Positions 48,618 to 62,894 are shown, counted from the first letter of the whole stretch. The stretch: 63,965 nucleotides of DNA, filler included, from Folioceros fuciformis (GCA_049999805.1; 22 parts of 22 records of this genome joined end to end with filler, not necessarily neighbours in it), one strand, 5' to 3'. Program-made: numbers and translations. Notes: generated from the letters alone by a model not told the origin.

Positions 48618-49304
48618 GCCATGCGCCTAGGGCGAGGCTTGGCGCCCCTGCCTACAGGGATGGTGCCCCCGCCTGCGGGGCTGGCGCCCTGGCCGGCGCC
48701 TTCTGAGTTGCCTGCAATCCTGGCATCGCAGGTTTGGCGCCTCAATCGGGATGGCCTAGCACCCCTACGGCCTGGGCGCCCAGTGCCTCCGTGCTGCGGA
48801 TAGTGCGGCGGGGCCCTCTACTGCTGCCTCCTAGCATCCTTGCTGGATCTTGGCGCCCCGGACTGCCACTGCCTCGAGCATGGCAGGGTTGAGATTCCTG
48901 CAGCCTTCACTCACTCCACATGCTGGATGCTGTCCTCACGGGCACCTTGCGCATCTTGTCCGCAGCACCTGTAGCCATCACCAACTTGCTCCACACCCAC
49001 TCTGATACCAATTGAAAGGATCGCTAGAGGAGTTGCATGGTAAAGGAGAAGAGGAGGAAGCAAGGAGGAGAGGAGAAAGAGAGATCACACTCTCACAATG
49101 TCTCACATTGCAAGGGAGCTCAAGGGGGGTATTTATACCCTCTAGAGGAGCTCCCAAGGAAGCTTCACAAGAAGCGCACAAGAAGCTGCGCAAGAAGCTT
49201 CTTACATATTAACCTAAGCTAATCTAAACTAATGATACTTAAGTAGACACTAATCTTAGACTAAACACATTAGTCTAAGCACATTGGGCTTTAATAACCC
49301 TACA
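48618..49304 (-). mobile_element. LTR element 5' end: LTR 49013-49304, PBS-Met, GC-rich internal region
   Basis: TGTAGGG...CCTTTCA followed by ATTGGTATCAGAG on the minus strand. Confidence 0.88.
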
Positions 49305-50504
49305 GCAACTACAAATGGTGTGGCCTTCCCGGCCACAAGGCAAGAGGTTGCTGAAAAAGAAGGGCAGGTGAGCCCCCACGCCAGCAAAAGCCGGCCACAA
49401 ATGTGGCAGTGAGGTAGAACCAACCAGGAGACTCGAAGGCTCCTGTGAAAATACTGACAGTCTGCATGTCCAACACTCTCAGTGATGACAGCTGCTGGTA
49501 CCTCAACTCTGGGGTGACGACCCATATCTGCAAGAACAGGGAACTCTTTAGTACCCTTGACCTAACACAAAAAGGTGGTTAGGTATTTCTTGCAGATGAG
49601 CAGAGCAAGACAAGTCTGCATATTGAGGGCAAGGGTACCTGCGTCTTCCACCTTCATGACGGCACTGAACTAACCCTCGCGGACGTCATCTTTGTCCCAG
49701 GCATGGCCAAGAACCTTATGTCCATGAGCCAGCTCATGAGCTAGCGGATCTTTTACATGCATGCAGATTTTGAGCACTGCTGCTTCTACAGGCAGTCATC
49801 TCCCCACACATGTGCATTTGAGGGACTACCCAAGAGCAACTTGTACAGGCTTAACATCACCTGTTCTAGGTTAGACCCACATGCAGAGGCCGCCCATTCA
49901 ACTACAGGTCCTAACCTAAGGCAGGCACAGCAGACCCTGCTATGGCATGCCCATCTAGGGCACGTCAATAGGTCAAAACTGATCAATATGTCAGCCCTAG
50001 AGTGCCACTAAGAACCTCTCCCTAAATGCTTTAAGCAGTTACCTGTGTGCGAATCTTGCATCCTTGCTAAGCAAAAGGAATCACCATTCCCCGATTCACC
50101 TGCACAGAGGGCCACTCGAGTTCTTGAGTTAGTCCATGCTGACATCTCAAGCAAAGTCCACGAGCCCTCCCTTGGAGGTGCTTGTTATTTTCTAACACTC
50201 ACTGATGATTACAGCCGCTACACATGGACCTACCCTATGCAGCTGAAAAGTGACACCTATGCCTGCTTCAAAGATTGGCTCACCATAGCCCAGAGGCAAT
50301 TAGGACAACTCCTGAAGACTCTCTGACAACGGCACCAAATTCGTCAATTCGTCCTTGAATGATCTTCTGTAGGCCTCAGGAATCCTGCAGCAACTCACAG
50401 TGCCCTACACACCATAATAGATTGGTGTGTCAGAACGCAAGAACCAAACCTTGCTTTCAATGACAAGAAGCATGCTCTTATGGGCAAACTTACCACAGGG
50501 CTAT
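49305..50504 (+). mobile_element. Ty1/copia protease and integrase fragment
   Basis: WYLNSGVTTHIC, LWHAHLGH, CESC, LVHADI, TDDYSRY, GVSERKN; cut at 50505 by a probable LTR (TGTCACG). Confidence 0.9.
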
Positions 50505-50781
50505 TGTCACGATACCAAAGGTGAGCTTAAGGTTGAGTAAACAGCGTGAAACAATTATCCTTTTAATAAGGATTAGTTTAGGATAATGCCGTTTAAATGT
50601 TGGCAATTAGCAAATGCTAAACGGTAAATAGTAAACACCAAAAACTAGAGAACGTGGATTAGGGCATGCTTGCAACTGCCCNNNNNNNNNNNNNNNNNNN
50701 NNNNNNNNNNNNNNNNNNNNNNNNNTTAATTAATTAANNNNNNNNNNNNNNNNNNNNNNNNNNNNNNNNNNNNNNNNNNNN

Positions 50782-52279
50782 GCGGGGCCGCACAACCGGG
50801 AGGAGTTCGTCATGCTGCAGGAGATTCTGCAGGCGCGGCAGGACGTGACGAAGGACGCGCTCACGCGAGCGCACCGCGTGCAGCTCGAGATCCTGGTGGC
50901 CGTCAAGACCGGAATTCAGGCCTTCGTACACCCCACAGTGAGCGTCACGCACACGGCCATGGTGGAGGTCTTCTTCCATTCTCGCTGCCGGAACATCGCG
51001 TGCCAGAAGCAGCTCCCTGTCAACAACTGTACCTGCCAAGTGTGTGCCGCCAAGACTGGATTCTGCAACGACTGCATGTGCATCGTGTGCAACAAGTTCG
51101 ATTTCGATGTGGAGACCTGCCGCTGGGTGGGCTGCGATCTCTGCCTCCACTGGTCGCACACCGACTGCGCTATCCGGGACGGCCAGATTGGCATGGGCAC
51201 CAGGCTGCGGTCGGGGGACGGCGGGGCCCCCGCCGTGGAGATGATTTTCCGGTGCAAGGCGTGTAGGTTTACGTCCGATCTGCTCGGCTGGGTGAAGGAT
51301 GTGTTCAGGAGCTGCGCGGCACGGTGGGAGCGTGACATTTTCATGAAGGAGGTGGACTGTGTGAGGAGGATTTTTCACGGGAGCGAGGATTCCAGGGGCA
51401 AACGCCTTTACTGGAAGGCGCAGGAGGTGCTGGACAGGTTGAAAACCGGGCTCGGGACTGAGGCTGCGTTGCAGGACATGCTCAACTTCTTTAAAGGTCT
51501 GTTTGGTTTGCTGCCATTGTTGTTGCATGGAAACCCCAACCAGTGCCTGTGCATTGCAATGCGAATGCCAGTGCTGTGCAACCAGTGCCGCCTGTTTCGC
51601 TTTGTCCTTAATTGCTTGTTTTTGTCGCTGTTGCTGGTGCAGTTGCTGTTGGTGTGTTTGACCTATTCCCGCGGGACGTGCTGCTGCAGAGGTAGAGTCA
51701 GATGACGGGGATGGTTTGGATGGTGAAGGAGGGAGGGACATGGAGCCTCGGGAGGCTTGCAACCGGATCGCAGAAGTGGTGCAGCAGGCTGTGGCCAAGA
51801 TGCAGTCCTTTGCGGAGGAGAAGGCTCAGGATAAGAAGAAGGCTCGTCTGGCACTGGAGATGTGCGATAGAGAGTTAGAGGACAAGAGGAAGGAGTTGGA
51901 GGAGCTGCAGCTTGACAGGAAACGCAAAAGGCAGCAGATAGAGGAGCTGGAGGACATTGTAAAGTTGAAGCAAGCGGAGGCCGACATGTATCAGACGCGG
52001 GCAGATGCGGCAAGGCGGGAGGCGGATGAGCTCCAGCGATCTGTGTTAGCCAAGTCTGAGAAAGTGGAAGAAGAGTACGCCACCAGGTACCTGAAGCTTC
52101 GTCTCTCTGAAGTTGAGGCGGAGCGCCGCAATTTGTTTGAAAAGTTACAGGAAAACTCACGACCCGAGGGTAGCCCCTCTCAGATGCTTATGACGTCCAA
52201 AATCCAGGACCTGCTTCAACGAGTTTGCAATGAGCCTAAGAAACAGCCGCCCAATCAACAGCACTCTATGATGCAGTGA
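50782..52279 (+). CDS. OBE1: OBERON1/2-like PHD-finger and coiled-coil protein (5' partial)
   Basis: Exons <50782-51496 and 51690-52279 (GT-AG, phase 1). AHRVQLEIL, RCRNIACQ, GFCNDCMCIVCNKFD, HWSHTDCA, LGWVKDVF, LKQAEADM, EEEYATRYLKLRLSE. Confidence 0.95.
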
Positions 52280-53534
52280 CAAACTGTGTGATTCTTGAAT
52301 TCTTTCGTGCCATGCCTGCTTGTCTGGGTCTCCAGGGGCATGATCACAGATATCGTGCACCGTGCTTGGTTTCAGTCTCATGATGCAGTTGAGTTGAGTG
52401 AAACATCCTTGGGGAAGAGAGATGTGAGGAAGATGTATCTATTGACCCTTGTGCCACGGCTCCTTGGTCCTCTTTATGCAATACTCTACTTAGGTGCCCA
52501 TGCTCTTTGCCAAATTCCTGAAATCCATGATACACCTGCCCGTCAAGACCATTCCTCCGCAGTGTGTGAACGTCTCCGAATGGTCCTTTGTGAAAGTAGT
52601 CAAATCACTCCGCCTCCCATCTTTCAGATCAAGCTCACAATGGGGGAGGGGCCATGGTCACTGCATTGTTGAGAAGTTACTTCACATTGCACAGATGATG
52701 GATCTGACCAACCGTCATTCTGGCTTCAGGTTTTGAGGTTGAGCCCACTTGTTGTTCATTAGACCTTGAACTTTGTTGGCTGGCACATTTCGCAGCATAG
52801 CATGGCTTGTAGCACGGTCGTTTTTGTCATGGTGTGGAGCTTCACATCCTTTCAAAGTGGTTGGTGATGGGTTGTCTCTTACATTTTCTGGTGCAGCTTG
52901 GCAAGGTTATGGAACCACGGTGCTTCTCGGGCTGAACGCGTCACCACTACGCATGTGAGTCTGATCACGCAGCACTGACCTGTGGTCCAGCAAGGCACCC
53001 CCAGTCCAGCCCGCAAGTCGCTCCTCGCTCTTAACGCTTCGCTCCCTGTCAACTAGGCCAGCTCTGGTTAGCTTGTACTCCACATTCTGCCTCCACCGCG
53101 AAATTTCCAATGGGTGGATTGAAGGATCCCTGAGAAAAGCCCTCCTATCGGGGGAGTCTGTGGTTGTCGCTAGAAGTTACTTCAACGTATAAAAATAGCT
53201 TGGTATTAGGTAACGGAAATAAATAAGTAGTGGCTTCCACTCTCTCTCCGCGGTCATCGTCCCTTCTTCCTTTCCTTGCTGGCCTGGTTTGTCATCAGCC
53301 TGCATCTGCATTCGTCGAGCTCTCGCCGTGTGCGCTTCTGGTGCAGCCTTTGTCGTGGGGGTGACTCTTTTCCGGGCTGTGGGTGCAGGCTGCGTTGCAT
53401 CACCCCTCCTGCTGTCTGTGCCCTGGTCTCTCGGCTTGCTTGCATCACTCCCGGCCTTGCACCGACGGTGCGCTCGCATCGCCCACGCTGCGCTGCGGAT
53501 AGGAGCGGCTAAGGCGGGCCGGGGAGCGCGCTAG

Positions 53535-54593
<1,059 letters not shown>

Positions 54594-55283
54594 GCTAAGG
54601 CTTCTGCTCTGTCCGGGCCCTTCAGATCTGTTGGCGATTTGATCTGCTGTACTTTGCAAAGTCAATCATCGAAGTCTGCAAGTTTGGAGGGAAAGGTGCA
54701 GTCCGTTTGATAGAAACTCCGTATGATCTAGGCTTCCTGTCCTTGCCCTCTCCGGATGTGGTCTGAGGATGGTTTGCTTGTTTCTTCGCTGATAAGGCTC
54801 TTAGCAATTGTGTACAGCTCCTTAGCAATTTGGACCTTGAATCCAGCCAGGTGAACTCTGCTGGGATCTGCACTGCACTTCTGCGGTCCGCAAATGTCTT
54901 CAGTAGCATCTCGCTAGTGCAGGAAGTGAGTGTTGCCGATATTGAAAGTGTCCGGTATTTACTGTCTCAGCTCCCAAGTGTGAAGTTATTTTTTCACGCA
55001 CCTCGTGGATGTTACAGAATGAGAATAATTGTCCTCGTCTGCATCGTTCTAGGTCCATACAGTCGGCCAGGCCTTCCTCCTGTCGCCTTCCCGGACCTCG
55101 TGCTGATTACCTTTTCTCCAGCCCCCCGCTGACTACGATCTCTCGGGTGACCGGGACCTTCTTACTCCGTCTGTTTTACCATGTAAACATAGGATTTCTT
55201 TACATTTAATGATTAACCGTTTTGAAATTTAAGTAAAAATATTTTTTTTCAAGCTTTTATTATTATCTTGTATATATACATAT

Positions 55284-55910
55284 AGTAACACTCCCTTCAA
55301 CGGGGTGGGGCAGAACCACGCAGTTAGAAGCCAAAGCAGGGGTCAGGTTTAAACACCGGACACTGCACTAGGCCTCCAAGTAGCCCGCCCTCCTCTCACA
55401 GGAGGACTCGCAGCCACAGGAGGACTCGCAGCCAGCACCCTTGCTGCTGCTCTTTATTCAAATCACGAGTCAACAAGAACATACAGAGCTGGAGGGCTAG
55501 AGAGAACTCCCCATCTTTGCCTAAGCTAGGAGTTTAGCTCTCCCTTCTCTTGGCCTCCTCCCACAGCTCCTTCACAGCACCTTTCATGTGCTCTCACAGC
55601 CCAAGCAACACATGCTCTCAAGGCATAGCCCAAGCACCCAGTGCTCTCAAGGCTTTGAGGAGATACTCATCTCAACTCCACTGTATTGAACTTCCCTTAG
55701 CCCTTAGCTAGGTCCCCTTTTATACACAAGCTCAAGTCACTAACTTAGCAACTACTTACTTAAGCACTTACTTAAGCCTTAAGCTATTATTCACTACCAC
55801 ACACTTTTTCCTAGGGCTGCATGCTTCTCATGCTCTCTTAGTAACCTGCTCTGCTAAACATGCCTTTGCATGGAGCTTACTTGCTTGGCACTCAAACCAA
55901 CGTTGTTACT
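55284..55910 (-). mobile_element. Solo LTR with AGT...ACT termini and 5-bp TSD
   Basis: CATAT|AGTAACA...TGTTACT|CATAT; minus-strand TATAAAA (~55717-55723) upstream of AATAAA (~55453-55458). Confidence 0.8.
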
Positions 55911-56454
55911 CATATGTACAATTACGATTAGAGCAAATACCGTGCGTAATAGATACAAATGCCACACCCACAAGCAAAATATAATTCCCTCCCACCCAAC
56001 TACAAAACTTAATTTAAATGTCACAAGGATAATACAAAATTCTTTAGAATTGCTTAATGTCTTACAATATTATATCGCAAGCACTTACCAGATCAAGTAG
56101 TCTTTCGTTTAGATATTGGTCATGCTCTCTTCACTCACCCTAACTATCTACAAGGGATTGTGTGGAATATTTTATGACCATTTCCACAATTTTTTTTTTT
56201 TCCGGAGGATCCTTTGAGTGGCCTTTCAGGGCTTTTTTACTCTAGTTGTTGTTGTGGCCTTTTAGAAGCGAGGTTCCAATCAAATCTCTCAAGTTTTGGT
56301 AGCTAGTAGATAGTTGGTGTTAGAAAAGCCTACCTCAATGGCACACCTTACTATNNNNNNNNNNNNNNNNNNNNNNNNNNNNNNNNNNNNNNNNNNNNTT
56401 AATTAATTAANNNNNNNNNNNNNNNNNNNNNNNNNNNNNNNNNNNNNNNNNNNN

Positions 56455-58559
56455 GTGCCGCGCCCTGACCTGAATCGCGCCTCCTCCAACATCAGCCCGG
56501 AGATGCTGGCTACAGCAATCACATTCTGGGCACGCCGCGGAGACAGTAGCGCTAGCAGGCCAATGTGGCGGCAGCGGACTCTCGCGGCTGAAGGTTGAAG
56601 GTTCTTCGTCTGATTTGCTGAAGGTTTCGTGTCCGATCTCGATCTATCCAAGCCGCTATGGCAGATACTCGCGGCTGTATGATCATGGTACAGATAGATG
56701 GAGGCGCTTCGATGCTGGTGTGACGGGTAGCACCAGATTGCTGTGCGCAGCGGGCTCAATTGGGCACGCTCCCGTTTTTTTTTTTTCTCGGAGATCATGG
56801 GCGGATGCTGGTGGCTTCATCAGCGTGGCTGATATGTGCTCGATTTGCGAAGATGGCTGTGGCAGACGCTGCGCAACATGCCTGCCCCAAGCTCATGTCT
56901 CTATCACCATCAGCGCGTTCACGATTACAGCACGCAGCTGATGCACGGGCAGCGGGCTTCATTAGGGGAACAGTAAAGCGCTGAGGTGCCAACTTGTGAT
57001 TTCGTCTTCTCTTGAAATTCTCTCAAGAACAATGAGGATGCTGCAACACTGGTGAAGATGCCGAGGTGCAAGGCAGCTTCTCACACACAGTGGAGAAGTG
57101 TTTGCCCTCAACCTTCACCTAAACCAACAAGGTTTTTTGTTTGTTCATCTTGCCGGAAGCTAGAATCCGGACATTTTGCAAGCAGCCAGCCACAACCTTT
57201 TGTGAGACGTATTTCCAATCGAGGCCCTACTCAGCATACACCTTCTTCATTTCCTCGTAACTTTCTACAACGACAACTTGAAGCTGATTTGAGGAAAGCA
57301 TCTCACCAGATCCATGATTTACAAGATTTTCTTTCTATTCTTCTAACTGGAATTCAACAATTATTTTTTCTATCTACTCCAATTGAAGAGGAGAAGCGTG
57401 TGCATTTGGCTAGGCTGTTTTCACCGGGACTCCCACGCGTGCCCCGTTCTTAATGTTTGAAAATTGGACATGCAGCCAGGTTCGCCATCATCAGCGTCTG
57501 GCGAATTTAATGAAGGCGAAGATGTGGACCTTGGCAGATTGGATTTGCAGGAGGAACCCGCTTCCCCTGTTGTCGATTCCACAACTGGCATCGATGAGCA
57601 GCAAGCGGCGTCTCCTTTTGAGCTTTTGAGAAGTTTTTGGGGCAACCCATCTTGTGTTCCCTCTCCTGCAGCAGGCAACTCTGCTGGTTTTGCAAGCACC
57701 CTTGCAAGCGCGGCTATCCTGTTGGTGGAGTTGGAATTTCCACTGCACAAGCTGCACATTTAGGAGCCAGCACATTTCAACAACCAGTGCCTCTTGTCAA
57801 CACCCTTGCGCAAGCTATGGCGATCACCCCAGGTTCCTTGAAGATTGAGTTCAAGGACAAGGATCGCTTCAATGGTAATGATTACCACATCTGGGCCATG
57901 AGGATGATCCAGATTTTGGAGGAGCATGAGCTCATGTCCGTTGTGGACGAAACAGAACCAAAACCAGCAACACAACCCAACAATGCAAATGCTGCTGATA
58001 TTCTTGCATGGCAAAGGAAGGACAGGAGAGCCCGGTCAATCCTGTTGGCATCCCTTGACAGGAACATGATGCCGCATACCATGGACGTTGACACCTCAGT
58101 TGTAGTTTGGAACAACTTCCAACTCATCTATAGAGATAAGAGTTCTGTTTCCCTTGTTTTGGCGCATCGGGATCTTTTTAATATTCGTATGAAGGATAAT
58201 GAGACTGTTGAGTCTTATATCAATAAGTTTCGCACAGCTCGTGCGACCCTTGCATATTGTGGGACAACTTTCACTGAGTTTCAAGCAGATGTTTCCTTTT
58301 TAGCATCTCCGCCTGATAGTTATTCTCAGTTTATCAGTTCTCAGAATGCTACTCTTCAAGCAGTTGGACCTGGTGCCAATGTAACATTGGAGCAGGTATT
58401 TGGCTTTGATTGCTGAAGAACGCCGGAGGAGCCTTCACAAGTCAAAGCCTACTATGCAGCAAGGCAGCAGAGTTTTGTTTGCTTCAAGAGGACGTGGAGG
58501 CAATCGTGGCAGAGGACGTGGGGGCTCAACACGAGGAGGATCTTCAACCTCTCGGCAGC
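56455..58559 (+). mobile_element. Ty1/copia 5' internal region and gag with a long N-terminal extension
   Basis: FNGNDYHIWAMRM..LEEHELM, WQRKDRRARS, MKDNETVESYI, GRGRGG; upstream ORFs 57052-57453 and 57464-57763. Confidence 0.85.
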
Positions 58560-59331
58560 TGTGGAGGCAAAACCCCGGGCACTGATTGCCAACAGGTTCC
58601 ACCTTTAGTGGCCACACTTATCCCACTCTCGTTGAGACATTGGGTTTCGTTCCCACGAAGGAGCGATGGGGTTCCTTGCTGCTGTGGATGGAGGGTCGGA
58701 CTTGATCGACTCGATGATGGATTCGAGGGCTCCCCTCCAGCTTCGATCAGGTGTAGGACAGGCCCCGCTGTCCGGCGGTCAGCTGCACCTCTCTCGGTGC
58801 CCACAAACTCACTCCAGTCACTACAACGACCCTAACCTCTTAGATCTGCGACTTCCCTCACTCACTTCACTTACTCTCTCACTCCAGCACCAACACCAGC
58901 AACTAACCATGACACCACTACCTTCTACACTTCCCTGCTGACTCCTCCTACCCGGCAAGAGTCACTAGACTAACCCCAAAGAAAAGAAAGAAGGGAACAC
59001 ACTCCCCTCTTGGATATCTCCCCCCTACAACCTTACCAGACGCCATGAGACATGGCCGGCCTACAGCACTTGTCCAAGCAAGGAACAAGAGTGGACAGGT
59101 CGAGAGAAAGACACATCCTTTACAATCAAGAGCTAGGGGCAAGCCCCTTCACCCTGGTCATTACACCTTATGATCCTACCAGACATTATATACAACCGGC
59201 AACACGCTGCCCGCGATCCTACTAGACACTATACAGCTGGCAACACGCTGCCTGCGATCCTACCAGACACTGTACAGCCGGCAACACGCGGCTTGCGATC
59301 CTACTAGACATTGCACAGCCGGCAACACACT
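58560..59331 (+). mobile_element. LTR family B, 5' end, with ~41-bp tandem repeats (59172-59331)
   Basis: TGTGGAGGCAAAACCCCGGG terminus interrupts gag; GATCCTACCAGACACTATACA.CCGGCAACACGC x~4. Confidence 0.88.
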
Positions 59332-59451
59332 NNNNNNNNNNNNNNNNNNNNNNNNNNNNNNNNNNNNNNNNNNNNTTAATTAATTAANNNNNNNNNNNNN
59401 NNNNNNNNNNNNNNNNNNNNNNNNNNNNNNNCTTCTAGTCTGGAGCCAAAA

Positions 59452-60560
59452 AGTTAGAATTGCTAACGCGGAAGCAGATGCGTCAAAAATGATCTATAAG
59501 CAACTGAATAGGTGGATACAAAGGTAGGCCTTAAGTAGTAGTTTATGAAGGGGTGTGCCCTTTGACTAACCTCCCAGTTATCTAACTACACTTCTAACTA
59601 GGTCTAGTTAGGCTAACCAACGTAATACAGAACCACGTGGTTTGCCTTATATTCCAACTCTCCCTCTCGAACACGTGCTGGTTGCTATTCGAAGAGAGCT
59701 CCCAAGTACAAACGGAGATCACTACTGTTGACGCCAAGCTTTAAACATCTTCAAAACAGCTATCACCTAGAGTTGGTAGTCATCACTCTTGTAAAGCCTG
59801 TAGTCTACAGGATCTCACAAAGTAGAACACCACTCCAGTGACCAGAAGAGAAGCATGCCAATTGCTTCGTATCATCAACCTAAGTGACGGAATATTTGTG
59901 AGTGAAAGGTCCTACCATATAAGTGATTTGTCTAGTGTCATGTATCTACTACAATCCACCAAACCAAGCCCTTCTCTGTGAAAATAGTGTTTGAACTTAG
60001 GAAAGGACTTTGGTCAGGACATCTGCTGTGTTGTTGTTGGTACCTTGATGATACTAAACCTTGACGATACCTCTCTAAGCAGCATCCCTAGTATAATGAC
60101 GTTGAATTTCTATATGCTTGGTGCGTGCATGGAAGACGGGGTTAGCAACCAAAGCAATTGCTAACATGTTGTCACAATGTAAGATTGTTGGCCCTTCTTC
60201 CTTCATACCCAAGTCTTCACAAAGCTTCCTTTCCCACTCAGCCTCCTTAGTGGCTTCGGTGAGTGCCTTGTACTCATACTCTGTGGAAGACAGGGAGATG
60301 GCTGCTTGTTTGCTACATGACCAATTAACTAGAGAGGAGTTGGCCAGAAAACAATAAGCCGATATACTTTTTCAAGTATCAACGTCAGAGGCCCAGTCTG
60401 CATCTACATAACAAGTGAGCTTAAGATACTTCTTCCCGCTGGGTTTATAGCAAAGACCATAATTGGGTGTGCCCTTGAAGTACCTCATGATACACTTGAG
60501 AGCTACCTAGTGATCCTTTCATGGGTTTTCAGAGAACTGAGCAACTGCAGAGACAAAGAA
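59452..60560 (-). mobile_element. Ty1/copia 3' end with 208-bp LTR (59452-59659) ending AGT...ACT, PPT 59660-59668
   Basis: CDNMLAIALVANPVFHARTKHIEI; AGTTAGAAT...ATTCCAACT inverted termini; paralog of 8107-9281. Confidence 0.9.
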
Positions 60561-60699
60561 TTGTTGTAGCAGATCTTGTAGATGCCAAGTAGATCATAGG
60601 TCATCTCACATTGTTACTCACTATAACAATCCTTGCATTTGCTGCACCCCCTGTCTCCCTTTTAGAGAACAATCCTTTCCTGCACACATACCTAGGTAA

Positions 60700-62376
60700 C
60701 AGGATCATCAATCACACTTCAAAAAGCATAAGCAGGTTGCTTACTCAGCGTCTAAATAGATAGAACCAATCCTCTATAAGATTCAGGCTTTAGAAGAACA
60801 TACTCATGATTCCCAGCGGAGGATCAAAATTGAAAACATATTGCTTAGGAAATAGATAAATGAACTTGAAGAGAAGGTCAAACAATTGTCAACACTCGTG
60901 CATACCTATGTTTCTGGCACATGCATCAAAGCAGAATCAGTCACACTAAATGATCCATCTGCCTCCTATGTTTGCAACATGCCTTCCACATCTTAAACTC
61001 GAGATAAGATTTATTCTCCTCTACCTAAACCAGAAAACTTGAGTTCTTTTTCCTCTATACCTGAACCTGTAGAGTCAGTCCTCATAGGACTTGCAACACT
61101 TTTCAACTAAACACTATTAGTCCTGTATGGTATCCTCTTAGTTGGTTACCTATAGCAACAAATCATAGCACTGAGTCAATCTCTCGTTCAGGAGAATTCA
61201 GCTAATGCACCATCACTTACCACTCAATGTCTATTAAAATCGACTTCAAAGACAGGGACAAGTCCAATGGCACCGATTTCGCAGTCTGGCAGATCCAAAT
61301 GGTTGCAATCCTTGAAGAGCACGAGCTTATGGATATTGTGGATGGTTTACTTGTAGCCCCAACCACAAATCCAACACCTTCAGTAGGACAAAGCGTCGTG
61401 AATGTAATTGCAGCATGGCACAAGAAAGACAAAAAGGCAAGGAATCTATTACTTTCAGCACTTGACAAAAACATGATGCAACATACACAAGGACAAGTCA
61501 TAGCACACGATGTCTGGAAAGTATTCCACGACATGTTTGTTGCTAAAGATTCCATGTCACTCATTAACTGCACTCGAATTTTCTATTCTCTTCGAATGAA
61601 AGAAAATGACATAGTGGAACATCACCTTCATCGGTTTCGGACCTTGAGAGCACGTTTAGCAGCTGCTGGAGAGACCTTGACTGAGTTGAAGGCTGCCACT
61701 ATTCTTCTAACGTCCCTACTAGCAAGTTACAAGACATTTGTCAGCTCCCAATCTACCTTGCTTCGACAATTAGGCTCAACTGTTACCCTGTCAGAGGTAG
61801 TGGGTGCCTTGTTGGAGGAGGAATCCAGCAGAATAGGAGCTGGAAGACCCTCCTCCTCTAATCTACAGCATGTGTTGTTTACTTCTCATGGTCAAGGTAG
61901 GGGTCGAGGCCGAGGATACTTCTCTGCACCTCGATGCCCCTATGGTGAACAGTTAGTTTCACAGAATTCCTTCATTCCTTGAAGAGTGAAAGGACCATGC
62001 AACTGTTGCAGGATCCTAGGGCATTTTGAGAGTGAGTGTTGCAAAAAACAGTCAAGCAAAGCACATCAATCTGTAGCTAAAACAAATGTGGCTGTATGAT
62101 CCAGAACAATAAGTACCAACAATAAGACACTAGCTATAGTAGCAGTGTGTTTGTCACTTACCAAAACAAATAGAAACATGTGGTTTTTGGACTCTGGAGC
62201 AACCAACCACATCTGCCACTCATGGGACATGTTTTCTTCATACTCTCTTAATACAACAAATCAATTCGTCTTGTTAGGAGACGATAGTGGACTCTCCATT
62301 CAAGGGACTAGCAATGTTAAACTACAACTCAACCATGGATACAACATACTATTGAAGGGAGTTCTACATGTTTCTC
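60700..62376 (+). mobile_element. Ty1/copia gag, zinc knuckle and protease with upstream coiled-coil remnant
   Basis: IKIDFKDRDKSNGTDFAVWQ, CNCCRILGHFESEC, WFLDSGATNHIC. Confidence 0.9.
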
Positions 62377-62794
62377 TATGAACCTCCAAAGTTTGGGGTA
62401 GCGATTTGTTTTGGTTGAAAAAGGGTTAATAGTGGTGTGGTTTAGTTTTCTTTATTTGTTTATTTTCCCTAATTTTCCTTTATTTTTTTGGTCATTTTTC
62501 CTACTTTTCTTTGTGCTAATTAGGTTAATTGACTAGTAAATAGTTGGTTTGGTTATTAGAGTGGGTATAGGTTTGGTCCCAGACCTGGGAAAGTTTAGGT
62601 CCGGTACCGGACCATAGGGTTGGGAAAGTTTGAGTTTAGGTCTGGTGATTGGTTTATTATTAATTAGAGATATATAGTATTAAATGATTAAATAATAAAA
62701 TAATGGTTTGAACATAGGAACGGGAATATGTGGGGTATGTCAGGGGCCAGGGTCTGACGTCAGGCTAGCTGATTGCCTGGCCGGCCTGAACGGT
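62377..62794 (+). mobile_element. Gypsy LTR family A, 5' end
   Basis: TATGAACCTCCAAAGTTTGGGGTAG (TG mutated to TA); reverse complement matches 20666-21118. Confidence 0.9.
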
Positions 62795-62894
62795 NNNNNN
62801 NNNNNNNNNNNNNNNNNNNNNNNNNNNNNNNNNNNNNNTTAATTAATTAANNNNNNNNNNNNNNNNNNNNNNNNNNNNNNNNNNNNNNNNNNNN

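Noticed and set aside
50734-51798. 354-aa minus-strand ORF
   Set aside because: Antisense shadow of the GC-rich OBERON exon.
55284-55300. GTTGAAGGGAG|TGTTAC read as a copia PPT plus LTR start
   Set aside because: Better explained as the end of the 55284-55910 element, which is supported by inverted termini and the CATAT TSD.
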